A stretch of DNA of 64,000 bases from an uncultured Candidatus Saccharibacteria bacterium (GTDB taxonomy: Bacteria > Patescibacteriota > Minisyncoccia > Phycocordibacterales > UBA9973): contig CAZNJI010000001.1 in NCBI GenBank assembly GCA_964573395.1, forward strand, positions 34,996 to 98,995. The letters run 5' to 3'. Shown piece by piece: positions 30,993 through 40,321 of the stretch. A program made the position numbers and the translations under genes. Every line of letters starts with the position of its first letter. Positions within the stretch are counted from its first letter, which is position 1. A model generated the notes under the pieces. The model was not told the origin of the DNA. It did not search any database and was given only the letters and a program-made list of their open reading frames with translations.

Positions 30993-32312
30993 ATGAGCCA
31001 GGAATCAAGAACAATTGAAGATTCTGTATTTCGGTCGCCAAACCGGATTGCGGTAAACATTGCGCTCTTAGTGGCGTCCGTGCTTCTTTTGATCATTCTC
31101 ATTGTTTTCAAGTCGACTCGCGCCGGATTCGGACACTGGTTTCTGTTCAGCTACACAGTGCTCGTTACGGTGTTTCAGTTGTTCCGGCTTTCCGCTTCGC
31201 TCATTTTTCCGAAATTCCTCTCTCAGATAGTTTACCCGGTCAAGGCCGAGAATTACGAGCCAATGGTAACGATCGTCGTGCCGTGCAAAAACGAGGAAGC
31301 GGCAATTAAGCATACGCTCGAAGCGTGTTTTGAGGCTGAATATCCGAAGGAAAAGCTTGAGGTCATCGTGATCAATGACGGATCAACCGACGGCACGATT
31401 CACCAGATTGGCCTGGTGAAGAAAAATCACCCCGAACTCATCGTCATCGATTGGAAAGAGAACAGGGGAAAGCGCGAGGGAATGGCGGCAGGCTTCCGGC
31501 AGGCACGGGGAGAAATCGTCGTTCAGCTCGATAGCGACAGCTACATTGAGCCGAAGACGTTCAAAGAACTGATTCAGCCATTCGCAAACCCGGCTATCGG
31601 AGCGGTATGCGCGCACGGCGACGTGGCGAATGCGGACAAAAATATCATTACGAAAATGCAGTCGGGGTACTATTATGTTTCATTTCGGCTTCTCAAGGCT
31701 GCGGAATCAATCTTCTTCTCAGTGCTTTGCTGCAGTGGCTGTTCATCGGCATATAGAAAAGACATCGTGCTTCCGGTGCTTGATAGCTGGCTCAAGGAAT
31801 CCTTTTTGGGAGTTACCGTAAAGCACGGAGACGACCGGTCGCTGACGGGATGGGTATTAAAGCGCGGATTCCGCACCGTGTATACCGATCGCGCTCGAGC
31901 ATATACCATTGCTCCGGAAAACATTCGTCAGCTGATGAAGCAGCAGGTTCGCTGGAAAAAGTCGTGGGTATCGAACGCCTATTTTACCTTTAAATACATT
32001 TTTAAAACTGACCCACTTTTCGGAGCGCTTTATTACGTTCCGCTCATTCTTATCTCGTTCGTCACGCCGCTGGTTGCACTCTTGAATCTGTATCTGCTTC
32101 CAACCATCAGCGGAGAAAGCCCGGTCATTTATCTTCTCGGCGGAATCATCACCAGCTTGCTCTTCGTGATGTGCGCGCTCTATTACGCGCGCGGAGAACG
32201 CCGTTACATCGGCTATTTTTTGCTGTGGCAGATACTTTCAGCAGCCGTGCTGAGCTTCATCCTTTATTACTCGTTCGCTCGTTTCCGAGACCAGCGCTGG
32301 GGAACTCGCTAA
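30993..32312 (+). CDS. HAS/NodC/chitin-synthase-like processive GT2 (beta-GlcNAc-polymer synthase candidate)
   Basis: The motifs VVPCKNEE, NDGSTDGT, QLDSDSY, HGDDRSLTGW and QQVRWKKSW (QxxRW) are present, with N- and C-terminal transmembrane helices. The GDDRxLT motif is the one seen in hyaluronan and NodC-type synthases. Confidence 0.85.
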   Translation: MSQESRTIEDSVFRSPNRIAVNIALLVASVLLLIILIVFKSTRAGFGHWFLFSYTVLVTVFQLFRLSASLIFPKFLSQIVYPVKAENYEPMVTIVVPCKNEEAAIKHTLEACFEAEYPKEKLEVIVINDGSTDGTIHQIGLVKKNHPELIVIDWKENRGKREGMAAGFRQARGEIVVQLDSDSYIEPKTFKELIQPFANPAIGAVCAHGDVANADKNIITKMQSGYYYVSFRLLKAAESIFFSVLCCSGCSSAYRKDIVLPVLDSWLKESFLGVTVKHGDDRSLTGWVLKRGFRTVYTDRARAYTIAPENIRQLMKQQVRWKKSWVSNAYFTFKYIFKTDPLFGALYYVPLILISFVTPLVALLNLYLLPTISGESPVIYLLGGIITSLLFVMCALYYARGERRYIGYFLLWQILSAAVLSFILYYSFARFRDQRWGTR

Positions 32313-32316
32313 CAAC

Positions 32317-35052
32317 ATGCATTCCGTACATACCCACAAAAGAATCCGAATCGGAATCGTGGCAGCGGTTATTTTTTTGACTGCCGCAGTCGTTCTGGCG
32401 ATTCACATCATTAATGGAAGCGCTTTGCCGAATCGAATCCTGCACGATATCCGTCGCCTCTCTTCTCACGCCAGAGAAATGATCGTTCCATACAACATCA
32501 AGACGCCTGAGCTGTCTGCCGAAGCTGCACAGACCGTGCCAGTGCTGGTGTACCACGGCATCGGTTCGGATGATTCTCGCTATTCAATGAAGATAGCGCA
32601 GTTTCGAAACCACATGATCGCCCTAAAAGAAGCTGGTTTTCAAACTGCCTCGGCGGAAGATTTTTTCGCATTTCTTGAAGGAAAGAAAACCCTTCCGGCA
32701 AAATCATTCGTGCTGACGTTTGACGACGGACGGAAAGATAGTTACTACAACGCCGATCCGATTCTCGCGCGCCTCGGCTTTTCGGCGGTGATGTTCGTTG
32801 CTCCCGGCCAGTCGCTGGTAGAGTCAACGGAGAAATATTCTCGCTACTATTTAAATCCGATAGAGCTTTCCCGCCTCATGAAAACAGGGCGTTGGGAGAT
32901 TGGTTCGCACGGCGTTCAGGAAAACGGGGGATACATAGCGATTGACGCGGAAGGTACTACGGGGCAGTTTTTGAGCAATAAAAAGTGGCTTCCAGATGTT
33001 CTGCACATTGAAACTGATGAAGAATACAACGCGCGCGTTTCGTATGAATTATCTCAATCAAAGCAATCGCTCGAACTTTTTACCGGAAAACCGGTTATCA
33101 TGTTTTCATATCCATTCAGCGATTATGGGCAAGAAAGCCTCAACGCTTCTCGCGTTGCCAGTACGGCTATTAATGCGGCTGTCACAGATAACTACCGCTA
33201 TGCCTTTCGCCAGCAGTGGGGATACGACAGCGGATATATCGGAAATCGCCCAGGAGATAATCCGCTGTTCTTGAAGCGCATCGAGCCGGCATCCGACTGG
33301 ACCAATGAGCGACTTCTTTTGTTCTTGGAAGGCGGAGTCGACGTGTCTCTTGAAGAAGCAGCTCATCTGACGCTCGCTGAAAGCGCGCTTCGGTTTCGGG
33401 TTGCCTGGGGAGGAAAATCCGCCTTTGAATCGGAAAAAATTACCGTACAACCGGACGGAAACATTGCAAGCGTTGCCGCCATTCTTGACGGTACGCATAC
33501 TTGGAAGAATTATCAGGTAACGATGGATGCATCGCTTGATACCGCTTCTTCAGTTGCACTCTATCTTAGATCGCAGGAGCCGGGAGAAGGGGTCCGCTGC
33601 CGCTTTTCCTCTGACGCTGTGTACATAGAAACAGTGAAAAATGATGTAGCAACGTATCGAAAGCAGTATTCGCTCCAGGAAGAAGTAGGGAAGAATCGCC
33701 GTCTGAGTGCAAGTATTTTTGGAAATACGGTCGGTTGTTTTGAGGAAGGCGTGCTAGTTGCAGCAGGGAACATTCCAAACGTACTGCCTATTGGCGGAAC
33801 TGGTATTGAGTACTGGGCATACAACAACCGCGCACCGCTTGAAATCAGCTCTCTTTCCATTGTCCCAAGCGCGGCAATGAATGATTCACTGGTGAGCCAG
33901 TTTGAATCCCTTTCGGATAAATCGCTGGTTCGCGTGGTGCCAACGGCAGAACTGAAAGATGCATTGATAGCGGAATCGCCAAGAACTTTTCGGTATGCAG
34001 GGGAAAATCTCATAAACATGGAAACGTTCGTCCGTGGCGGTTCTGCAACGTATGGCGAAATCAGCGGTACGACTGCAAACATTATTCTTGCAAGGCAGGC
34101 AGCGGCCGGAGGGTTCTGGTTCTGGTCACCGCTTTCAGTTGCGCCACATCAAGAATATGCAATCGAGGCTTCCTATGAATCAACCATTGAAAGCGAGCTA
34201 ATGGTGCGATACGGCACACAGAGCGGCACAGTATGGAAATCAATCCGCATGCTGCCGGCAGGATCATTTTCATACCAAGAGGTTATTGAAATTCCGGAAG
34301 GCGCTCAAACAATGGAGGTTCTTCAGGTGATTCGCGATTCCGGAAGTTTGGCCGTTATTCATCCAAGCATCCGACTCTTGCAGTCTGGAAAATTCGCGCG
34401 CGGGATGGTAACGCTTTCATTTGATGACGGATATAAATCATTTATGACCAATGCTCTGCCGGTACTTTCTGAATTTAAGATGCCAAGCACGGTTTCAATT
34501 ATTACCAGCCATGTCGGCTATAGCCGGTATCTTTCCGCTCAAGACATAAACAGCATCAGCCGAAAAGGGCATGAGATTGCTGCCCATACTAGAACACATA
34601 CGCATCTTTCGGAAAATCAGGAAGAAAGTTTGATTACCGAGATTGTCGGCTCTTGGTATGATCTTTCAAAGGCCGGATACAAGATAACGTCATTCGTTTA
34701 TCCGTACGGAAACTTCTCGCTCGATGCGAAGAATATTGCCGCAAGAAAGTTTTCTGGTGCGCGAACGGTCAGCCGGGGTTTTAATACGAAAAATACCGAC
34801 CCGTACCTTCTGAAAGACCAGCTAGTAACCCGGGATATTTCTGTTGTGGCTGTTCAAGAGTATCTTGCCACTGCAAACGCGAATCAATCATGGCTTATTC
34901 TTGAACTGCATGAAGTTTTGAAAGAAGACAGTCAAAATGATTCAGAGTCAATTACGATTGCAAAATTACGTGAAATTTTAAAGGCTGTTCAGGATTCCGG
35001 GGTCGAAGTGGTAACGCTTGAAGAAGGCATAAGACAATTAAAAGAGCGCTAA
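32317..35052 (+). CDS. Membrane-anchored protein with two NodB-type polysaccharide deacetylase domains (PgaB/chitin-deacetylase-like)
   Basis: The first NodB domain reads VPVLVYHGI...FVLTFDDGRKDSYYNADPILARLGFSAVMFVAPG. The second reads MVTLSFDDGYKSF...HEIAAHTRTHTHL. The gene lies 4 nt downstream of the synthase gene. Confidence 0.85.
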   Translation: MHSVHTHKRIRIGIVAAVIFLTAAVVLAIHIINGSALPNRILHDIRRLSSHAREMIVPYNIKTPELSAEAAQTVPVLVYHGIGSDDSRYSMKIAQFRNHMIALKEAGFQTASAEDFFAFLEGKKTLPAKSFVLTFDDGRKDSYYNADPILARLGFSAVMFVAPGQSLVESTEKYSRYYLNPIELSRLMKTGRWEIGSHGVQENGGYIAIDAEGTTGQFLSNKKWLPDVLHIETDEEYNARVSYELSQSKQSLELFTGKPVIMFSYPFSDYGQESLNASRVASTAINAAVTDNYRYAFRQQWGYDSGYIGNRPGDNPLFLKRIEPASDWTNERLLLFLEGGVDVSLEEAAHLTLAESALRFRVAWGGKSAFESEKITVQPDGNIASVAAILDGTHTWKNYQVTMDASLDTASSVALYLRSQEPGEGVRCRFSSDAVYIETVKNDVATYRKQYSLQEEVGKNRRLSASIFGNTVGCFEEGVLVAAGNIPNVLPIGGTGIEYWAYNNRAPLEISSLSIVPSAAMNDSLVSQFESLSDKSLVRVVPTAELKDALIAESPRTFRYAGENLINMETFVRGGSATYGEISGTTANIILARQAAAGGFWFWSPLSVAPHQEYAIEASYESTIESELMVRYGTQSGTVWKSIRMLPAGSFSYQEVIEIPEGAQTMEVLQVIRDSGSLAVIHPSIRLLQSGKFARGMVTLSFDDGYKSFMTNALPVLSEFKMPSTVSIITSHVGYSRYLSAQDINSISRKGHEIAAHTRTHTHLSENQEESLITEIVGSWYDLSKAGYKITSFVYPYGNFSLDAKNIAARKFSGARTVSRGFNTKNTDPYLLKDQLVTRDISVVAVQEYLATANANQSWLILELHEVLKEDSQNDSESITIAKLREILKAVQDSGVEVVTLEEGIRQLKER

Positions 35053-35076
35053 ATGTTATACTTTTAATCTAAATCC

Positions 35077-38055
35077 ATGACTACTACCACTACGAAGATC
35101 GTTCGCACCATTATTTTGGGACTCTGCGCTTTTTCTGCAGTAATTTTAGTACGTTATTTTTCCGTTGATCATCCGCGTACCGTGCATGTGTTTACTCCGG
35201 CTCCATCGTTTCGCGCTGCTGCGATTGATCCATTCGAGCAGGAATTTGCTGTTGAAGAGGTGGGAGCAATGTCTGAATCTTCACATAGCACGTTTTGGCT
35301 TAATTCCGGAGGCAGAATGACCGTACAGAACGGCATTGCAAAGACCATACAAGGCGATTTACCGGCAAGTGATCGATGGTATCAGGAATACGCCCGCACC
35401 AATGCGCTTGATACCGACGGAGGCTTGCATCCGCAGAATTTGTTCCGTCTCGTTACCCGATCACAGTGGCAAGATGTCCGCCAGGAGGTATTTTTTAAAA
35501 TAGAAAAAACGAATATGAGCGACAGTCCGAACCAAAACGCGTCGAATGGTGTTTTGTTCTTTAATCGTTACAGAGATGCAGATAATCTCTATTATGTCGG
35601 TGTTCGCGTTGATGGAAATGCTGTTGTCAAAAAGAAAATTAATGGTGTGTATTACACCTTGGGGTTGAATAAAATTGTCGATGGCGTGTATAATGAAGCG
35701 TCACATCCAAATCTCCTTCCAACCGATAAGTGGATTGGAATGAAAACGGAAGTAAAAAACGAAACTGATGGCACAGTAACCATCATTCTTTTTACCGACA
35801 TTGGCCAAACTGGCACTTGGACGGAAGCACTCCGGGTCACTGATGATGGAAATCAATACGGTGGTCCTGTTTTCTCTGAAAGTGGTTTTGCGGGGATTCG
35901 ATCTGACTTTATGGATTTATCATTTAGCTCATACACAGTCAGTGACATAGTTGCGAATGCTCCTACTGTCCAAGTAGATCAAGTACCGCCAACCCTCACG
36001 CTTCTCGGAAATGAAAAGGAGGTTGTTCTGGTGGGTGCACCGTACAACGACGCAGGGGTAACCGTCACTGACAACATAGATAAGAAGCCAACACTCGTTA
36101 CGGCAGGGCTTCCGGTAAATACCCAAACGCCGGGAAAGAAGCAGGTTACGTACACCGCAACGGATGCCGCTGGGAACACCCAGTTTAAAAGCCGAACGGT
36201 AGAAGTAATTGCAAAAAGTGCGCCGCTCAGTGTTACTAACAAAACGCTTACCTGCGCGCAGCTGCTTGCTGCTTCAAGCTTCTACCGCGATAAGCACATG
36301 CAGGCGCTCCGTGAATATAACGCTCGCGTTGCCGCCAAAGATACCGCTACTGCTGAGACGCTTGAAACCATTGCCTGTACACCGCAGGCAATCTGGATTT
36401 CTAACTACACCGCCAGTACGGCAAATATTGAGTCTCATGTAAAAAGCAGGATCGCCGATGCGGAAAAAGAAGGAAAACTTCCAGTGTTTGTTATCTACAA
36501 CAGCCCGCATACCGGAACGTATAAATGGGGAAGCGGATTAACGCCGGGGCAAGGCCATCTTGATTGGATTTCAGCGGTAGTTCGCGGTATTGGAAGTTCC
36601 AACGCGTGGGTGGTTGTCGAACCTGATTTAATTGGCCTTTCATTTGAATACAACAGTGCTGAGCGTCTTGCCGCTCGAACGGATATTAAAAATGCAGTCG
36701 AGAAACTGCAAAGTGCGCCGAATATTCGCGTGTATCTTGATGCCGGACATAGCAATTGGCGGGGAATTCAGGATGTTGCCAAAGCACTCAATGAATCCGG
36801 CATTGCTGCCGCTGATGGCTTCGCAACAAACATTTCAAACTTTCGTTTTACCAACAACGAAATTGATTACGGCAACCAACTCTCTGCTCTAGTTGGCGGA
36901 AAGTCGTTTATTATTGATACAAGCCGAAATGGAAATGGCCATTCTCAAACAAACGAATGGTGTAATCCGAGCGGCAGAAGTATTGGTCCGGCGCCAACAC
37001 AGAATACGGGCTACGATAAAGTAGATGCTTTTGTCTGGATTAAGAATCCAGGAGAATCCGATGGAACTTGTAGTGGCGGTCCGACGCCAGGGCAATTCTG
37101 GCAGAGCTACGCGCTTGGATTGGTAGATACAGCGAAGAAACTTTCAGGAAATCTTGCACAGCAAGGGATTGTAACGGTAAGTAAAAACGTTAGTGCAAAC
37201 CCCACGCCAACTCCTGCACCAACCCCAACGCCAACACCCCCGCCGGCTCCTGCGCCAAAACCAGGGCCGGTAATTATTTCAGACGGAACAGATTCACGTC
37301 CAAACATTCCTGCAACGCCTACACCTACCCCTGCACCAACCCCAACGCCAACACCCCCGAAACCTACCACGCCAACCCCTGCACCTACTCCTGCTCCCGT
37401 TGCGCCAAAGCCGGCTCCGGCAACTCCAAAACCTACTCCAGCTCCAACGCCGAAACCAACTCCTGCACCATCTGCTCCTGTAGCCAGTAGCGGTGGAGGC
37501 GGAGGGGGAGGCGGCGGAGGTCGATCATCATCTGTATCTCAAACTCCTAAAGTCATTTCTTTAAACGATACAGCAACAGTGAATCGATTGAGAACGTCTG
37601 AACAATTGAAAAATTTAAATTCAGTGGCAGTTAAAGATTTTACAGCAGAAGGTATTGTTCCACCTCCACCTGAAGTAATAGCAATGCTTCAAGTGCCAGT
37701 AACTGCAATTGGCCCAGGAGTTACAGAAGAAAAAATTGAAATTGCCCGTGAACGAATTACTAATAGTCCGACTGGTGCAGGAATCATTGGAAAATCCATT
37801 GGTAATAATTTATCCTTCGGCGCACGCGGAACCGAAGTAGCTGAACTCCAAGTTTTTCTTGCTAAATTCCCAGAACTATATCCGGCTGGTCTAGTAACAG
37901 GGTACTACGGAAAACTGACCCGTGAAGCAGTGCAACGATTCCAGGTTTCGAACGGTATTTTTATTACCCCGCCAGCAGTGGGTACGGCAGGATACGGCTC
38001 GGCTGGCCCGCGCACTCGAACGCTTATCAATCAGATTCTCTTGGGGGCAAATTAA
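35077..38055 (+). CDS. Secreted glycoside hydrolase family 6-like enzyme with Ig-like N-domain, Pro/Thr linker and C-terminal peptidoglycan-binding domain
   Basis: The GH6 blocks are VFVIYNSPH...[29 protein letters not shown] and [14 protein letters not shown]. The linker is [14 protein letters not shown] and is followed by a Gly run. The C-terminal PG_binding_1-like block is [17 protein letters not shown]...[15 protein letters not shown]. Confidence 0.8.
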   Translation: MTTTTTKIVRTIILGLCAFSAVILVRYFSVDHPRTVHVFTPAPSFRAAAIDPFEQEFAVEEVGAMSESSHSTFWLNSGGRMTVQNGIAKTIQGDLPASDRWYQEYARTNALDTDGGLHPQNLFRLVTRSQWQDVRQEVFFKIEKTNMSDSPNQNASNGVLFFNRYRDADNLYYVGVRVDGNAVVKKKINGVYYTLGLNKIVDGVYNEASHPNLLPTDKWIGMKTEVKNETDGTVTIILFTDIGQTGTWTEALRVTDDGNQYGGPVFSESGFAGIRSDFMDLSFSSYTVSDIVANAPTVQVDQVPPTLTLLGNEKEVVLVGAPYNDAGVTVTDNIDKKPTLVTAGLPVNTQTPGKKQVTYTATDAAGNTQFKSRTVEVIAKSAPLSVTNKTLTCAQLLAASSFYRDKHMQALREYNARVAAKDTATAETLETIACTPQAIWISNYTASTANIESHVKSRIADAEKEGKLPVFVIYNSPHTGTYKWGSGLTPGQGHLDWISAVVRGIGSSNAWVVVEPDLIGLSFEYNSAERLAARTDIKNAVEKLQSAPNIRVYLDAGHSNWRGIQDVAKALNESGIAAADGFATNISNFRFTNNEIDYGNQLSALVGGKSFIIDTSRNGNGHSQTNEWCNPSGRSIGPAPTQNTGYDKVDAFVWIKNPGESDGTCSGGPTPGQFWQSYALGLVDTAKKLSGNLAQQGIVTVSKNVSANPTPTPAPTPTPTPPPAPAPKPGPVIISDGTDSRPNIPATPTPTPAPTPTPTPPKPTTPTPAPTPAPVAPKPAPATPKPTPAPTPKPTPAPSAPVASSGGGGGGGGGGRSSSVSQTPKVISLNDTATVNRLRTSEQLKNLNSVAVKDFTAEGIVPPPPEVIAMLQVPVTAIGPGVTEEKIEIARERITNSPTGAGIIGKSIGNNLSFGARGTEVAELQVFLAKFPELYPAGLVTGYYGKLTREAVQRFQVSNGIFITPPAVGTAGYGSAGPRTRTLINQILLGAN
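37212..37359 (+). repeat. Identical 30-nt direct repeat within the Pro/Thr linker coding region
   Basis: The sequence CCTGCACCAACCCCAACGCCAACACCCCCG occurs at 37212-37241 and again at 37330-37359. A GGN run lies at 37490-37520. Confidence 0.6.
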
Positions 38056-38056
38056 A

Positions 38057-38086
38057 AAACCGCCCTGTATGCAAGGCGGTTTTTCT
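38057..38086. terminator. Bidirectional terminator between convergent genes
   Basis: The stem ACCGCC-ctgtatgcaa-GGCGGT has an A-run upstream and a T-run downstream. Confidence 0.6.
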
Positions 38087-38096
38087 GTTCCTTTAC

Positions 38097-39704
38097 TTAT
38101 CGTCTAAATGGTTCTTTCTGAGAGAAGGGCGCACCGGGTGCCGGATGAACGAGTTCAGAAGGAGGGAATTCGGGAATATTCAATTCAGGGCACTTAATCA
38201 TGTTAATCCATCGCTTCGTTGTTTTATACACGAATCCAGTACCGGTTTCATCAATCGGGCCAACCTGTTTCCATGGATTCAATACATTCGTTGCTTCTCT
38301 TACCTGGAACTGCTTCACTGCCTGGTAGCTTCCTGGTCCGTATACGCCATCAACCACCAAGTTTGCATTCATGTATTCATTCAAGAAAGTCTGAAGCCGC
38401 ACGACATTTGCGGTATCGTTCGGGGACCCCCAGCGAATGTAGCTGGTAATATATTCGCCACACGCTTCTTCACCAAGAATTTCTCCTGGCGGATTAGGGC
38501 GTGAACCACTTCTTCGGCTACTGCCACTGCTTCCCCCGCTGCCGCCGTTTCCATTGTCATCATCGTCAGACTCATCATCATCGTTCGGATCGTAGGTGTC
38601 ATCATCGTCTGCGTTACCGTCGGTATGGCATCCTGGGTCGGCTTCGTCTATGAGCTCATCGCCGTCGTTGTCCGCTTCGTCGCTGCACTCCGGGTCGGTA
38701 TCTCCGCCTCCGCCGCCGTTTCCATCTTCATTAGTCTCATCATCGTCGGTTGGCACATATGAATCTGGGTTATCTGCATCGCCATCAGAGTGGCATCCCG
38801 GATCCGCCGCATCAATCAATTCATCATCGTCATTGTCTGCCTCATCGCTGCATTCCGGATCGCCTCCTCCCGTTCCGCCTCCGTCAGGGCAATCAAAAGC
38901 AATCTCTACGACCAGATCATTAAAATCATAGTCGCCATTGCTTACCATGTCTTCAAACGCCAAAATGTAATTATCTGGGCGCGGATTATAGGTAACAACC
39001 TGGTCTTTATTATTCGCATTAAGGGAATTTTGGGCTGCAATTGGAATAGGGGCAGCGCCTTCATCTGAAGTTTGGATTGCGAAGCCAATGCTTGTTATCG
39101 AGTCGTCCGGAATGACGAATTCGTATGAGTCTCCGCTTGCCGCTTCCTCAGTTTCGTCAAATCCTGGAACTTCCCCTTTTCGAAAGAGCGGGGTAAACGT
39201 GCTAAGGTCGCCGTTCGTATAGTAGCCGAACACGTTTCCATTCTGCGCCGCCTCATCGATGAATGCCGCCGTCACGGTGATTTCTTCTCCTTCGGTCACG
39301 CTCCAGAGCTGGTATTGGGTTTGGTCCACTGTTACGTCTATCTGGTCATCGGGGAATTTTTCATCGAGTACCTCTTGCAGCGTTTTTTCGGTTCCGATGC
39401 TCGGTCCGAATTCCTCTGCCGCATCGTCATCCAAAGAGTCGGGCGTGGTGCATGAATTCTCCGCAACAAGCAGGATGCTTGGCGATTCTTCTTGAACAAT
39501 CGCCTCGGATTTAGTTTGCTCCGTTTCCTCTGGGTCTGGTTCAGGAGTTTCTACCGGAACATCTTCAAGAGGGGAAGTAACTTCTTCCGTTTGAGGTTCT
39601 GCTGGCGACACTTCTTGTCCGAAGGCAAAAAATGAATCTGTATTGAAAGTAAGAAAACTTAGTGCGAGAAACAATCCAATTCCGTAATGTAAAAATTTTT
39701 TCAT
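38097..39704 (-). CDS. Secreted acidic repeat protein with C-terminal peptidoglycan-binding-like domain
   Basis: A signal peptide is present (MKKFLHYGIGLFLALSFLTF). There are two tandem repeats of about 55-72 aa each, of the form DPECSDEADND(D/G)DELID(A/E)ADPGCH(S/T)DG. The C-terminal block NVVRLQTFLNEYMNANLVVDGVYGPGSYQAVKQFQ looks like a peptidoglycan-binding domain. Confidence 0.75.
   Translation of the reverse strand: MKKFLHYGIGLFLALSFLTFNTDSFFAFGQEVSPAEPQTEEVTSPLEDVPVETPEPDPEETEQTKSEAIVQEESPSILLVAENSCTTPDSLDDDAAEEFGPSIGTEKTLQEVLDEKFPDDQIDVTVDQTQYQLWSVTEGEEITVTAAFIDEAAQNGNVFGYYTNGDLSTFTPLFRKGEVPGFDETEEAASGDSYEFVIPDDSITSIGFAIQTSDEGAAPIPIAAQNSLNANNKDQVVTYNPRPDNYILAFEDMVSNGDYDFNDLVVEIAFDCPDGGGTGGGDPECSDEADNDDDELIDAADPGCHSDGDADNPDSYVPTDDDETNEDGNGGGGGDTDPECSDEADNDGDELIDEADPGCHTDGNADDDDTYDPNDDDESDDDDNGNGGSGGSSGSSRRSGSRPNPPGEILGEEACGEYITSYIRWGSPNDTANVVRLQTFLNEYMNANLVVDGVYGPGSYQAVKQFQVREATNVLNPWKQVGPIDETGTGFVYKTTKRWINMIKCPELNIPEFPPSELVHPAPGAPFSQKEPFRR
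38481..38861 (-). repeat. Tandem coding repeats (2 copies, Asp/Cys-rich) in the acidic protein gene
   Basis: Seen in the translation of 38097..39704; the two copies are adjacent and about 70% identical. Confidence 0.7.
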
Positions 39705-39853
39705 AGGCTAACTCCAACGTTACATGCCATCAGTTTCCTGACAGTTTCTGCTAATACTTAGAAATCGTACGCTCTGCCTGTGGAAAGTGTCAATAGCCAT
39801 TTTTTTAATAGTGGTTATACTAAAGGCAGTGTAGTGTTTTTGGTTAATGTCTT

Positions 39854-39881
39854 TTGACATCTTTTTTGTTTGTGTTAAAGT
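39854..39881 (+). promoter_or_regulatory. Candidate promoter for the gtrA-to-hydrolase operon
   Basis: TTGACA at 39854-39859 is followed, after a 16-nt spacer, by TAAAGT at 39876-39881. The site is about 20 nt upstream of the RBS region of the 39902 CDS, in a divergent intergenic region. Confidence 0.4.
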
Positions 39882-39901
39882 GCAAGGCTCGGAAATAATC
39901 T

Positions 39902-40321
39902 ATGAAAAAGCTTTTCGGAGAATTGGGACGGTTTGGACTCGTCGGGGGAATCAATACCCTGGTGGATCTCGGAGTGTTCAATTTGCTTATTTTTTTCTCC
40001 GGCCAAAACATTGAAAGACACTACACTCTCTTTAAGGCACTATCGTTTACTGTTGCTGTCGTTAATAGCTTCATCCTGAATAAGTTTTTCGTCTTCAGAA
40101 GCAAGGAAACAGCGGCTAGTAAGATTTTCCCCTTCCTCATCGTCAGTCTAGGGGGGCTTGCTTTAAATAGCCTATTTGCATCGTTCATTTTCCACCAACT
40201 TAATGCCGCGTACGGACAAGCCGACGTGAAATTTCACGCCAACGTAGCGGCAATTATTAGTACCGGGGTCGTAATGGTCTGGAATTTTCTTGGTTACAAG
40301 AAAATTGTATTTAAACTATGA
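39902..40321 (+). CDS. GtrA-family membrane protein (polyprenol-sugar translocation)
   Basis: The N-terminus FGLVGGINTLVDLGVFNLL is followed by four transmembrane helices, and the protein is about 139 aa, all typical of GtrA. The gene overlaps the downstream giant gene by 4 nt. Confidence 0.8.
   Translation: MKKLFGELGRFGLVGGINTLVDLGVFNLLIFFSGQNIERHYTLFKALSFTVAVVNSFILNKFFVFRSKETAASKIFPFLIVSLGGLALNSLFASFIFHQLNAAYGQADVKFHANVAAIISTGVVMVWNFLGYKKIVFKL

Noticed and set aside
37190-37530. Short repeated units, considered as a possible CRISPR-like array
   Set aside because: The repeats are in-frame codon repeats encoding a PTPTPAP linker and a Gly run inside a CDS. There are no spacer/repeat periodicity and no cas genes.
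38596-38931. A Ser-rich 111-aa plus-strand ORF
   Set aside because: It is the antisense frame of the Asp-rich repeat region of the minus-strand gene (GAC/GAT codons read as GTC/ATC and TCx).
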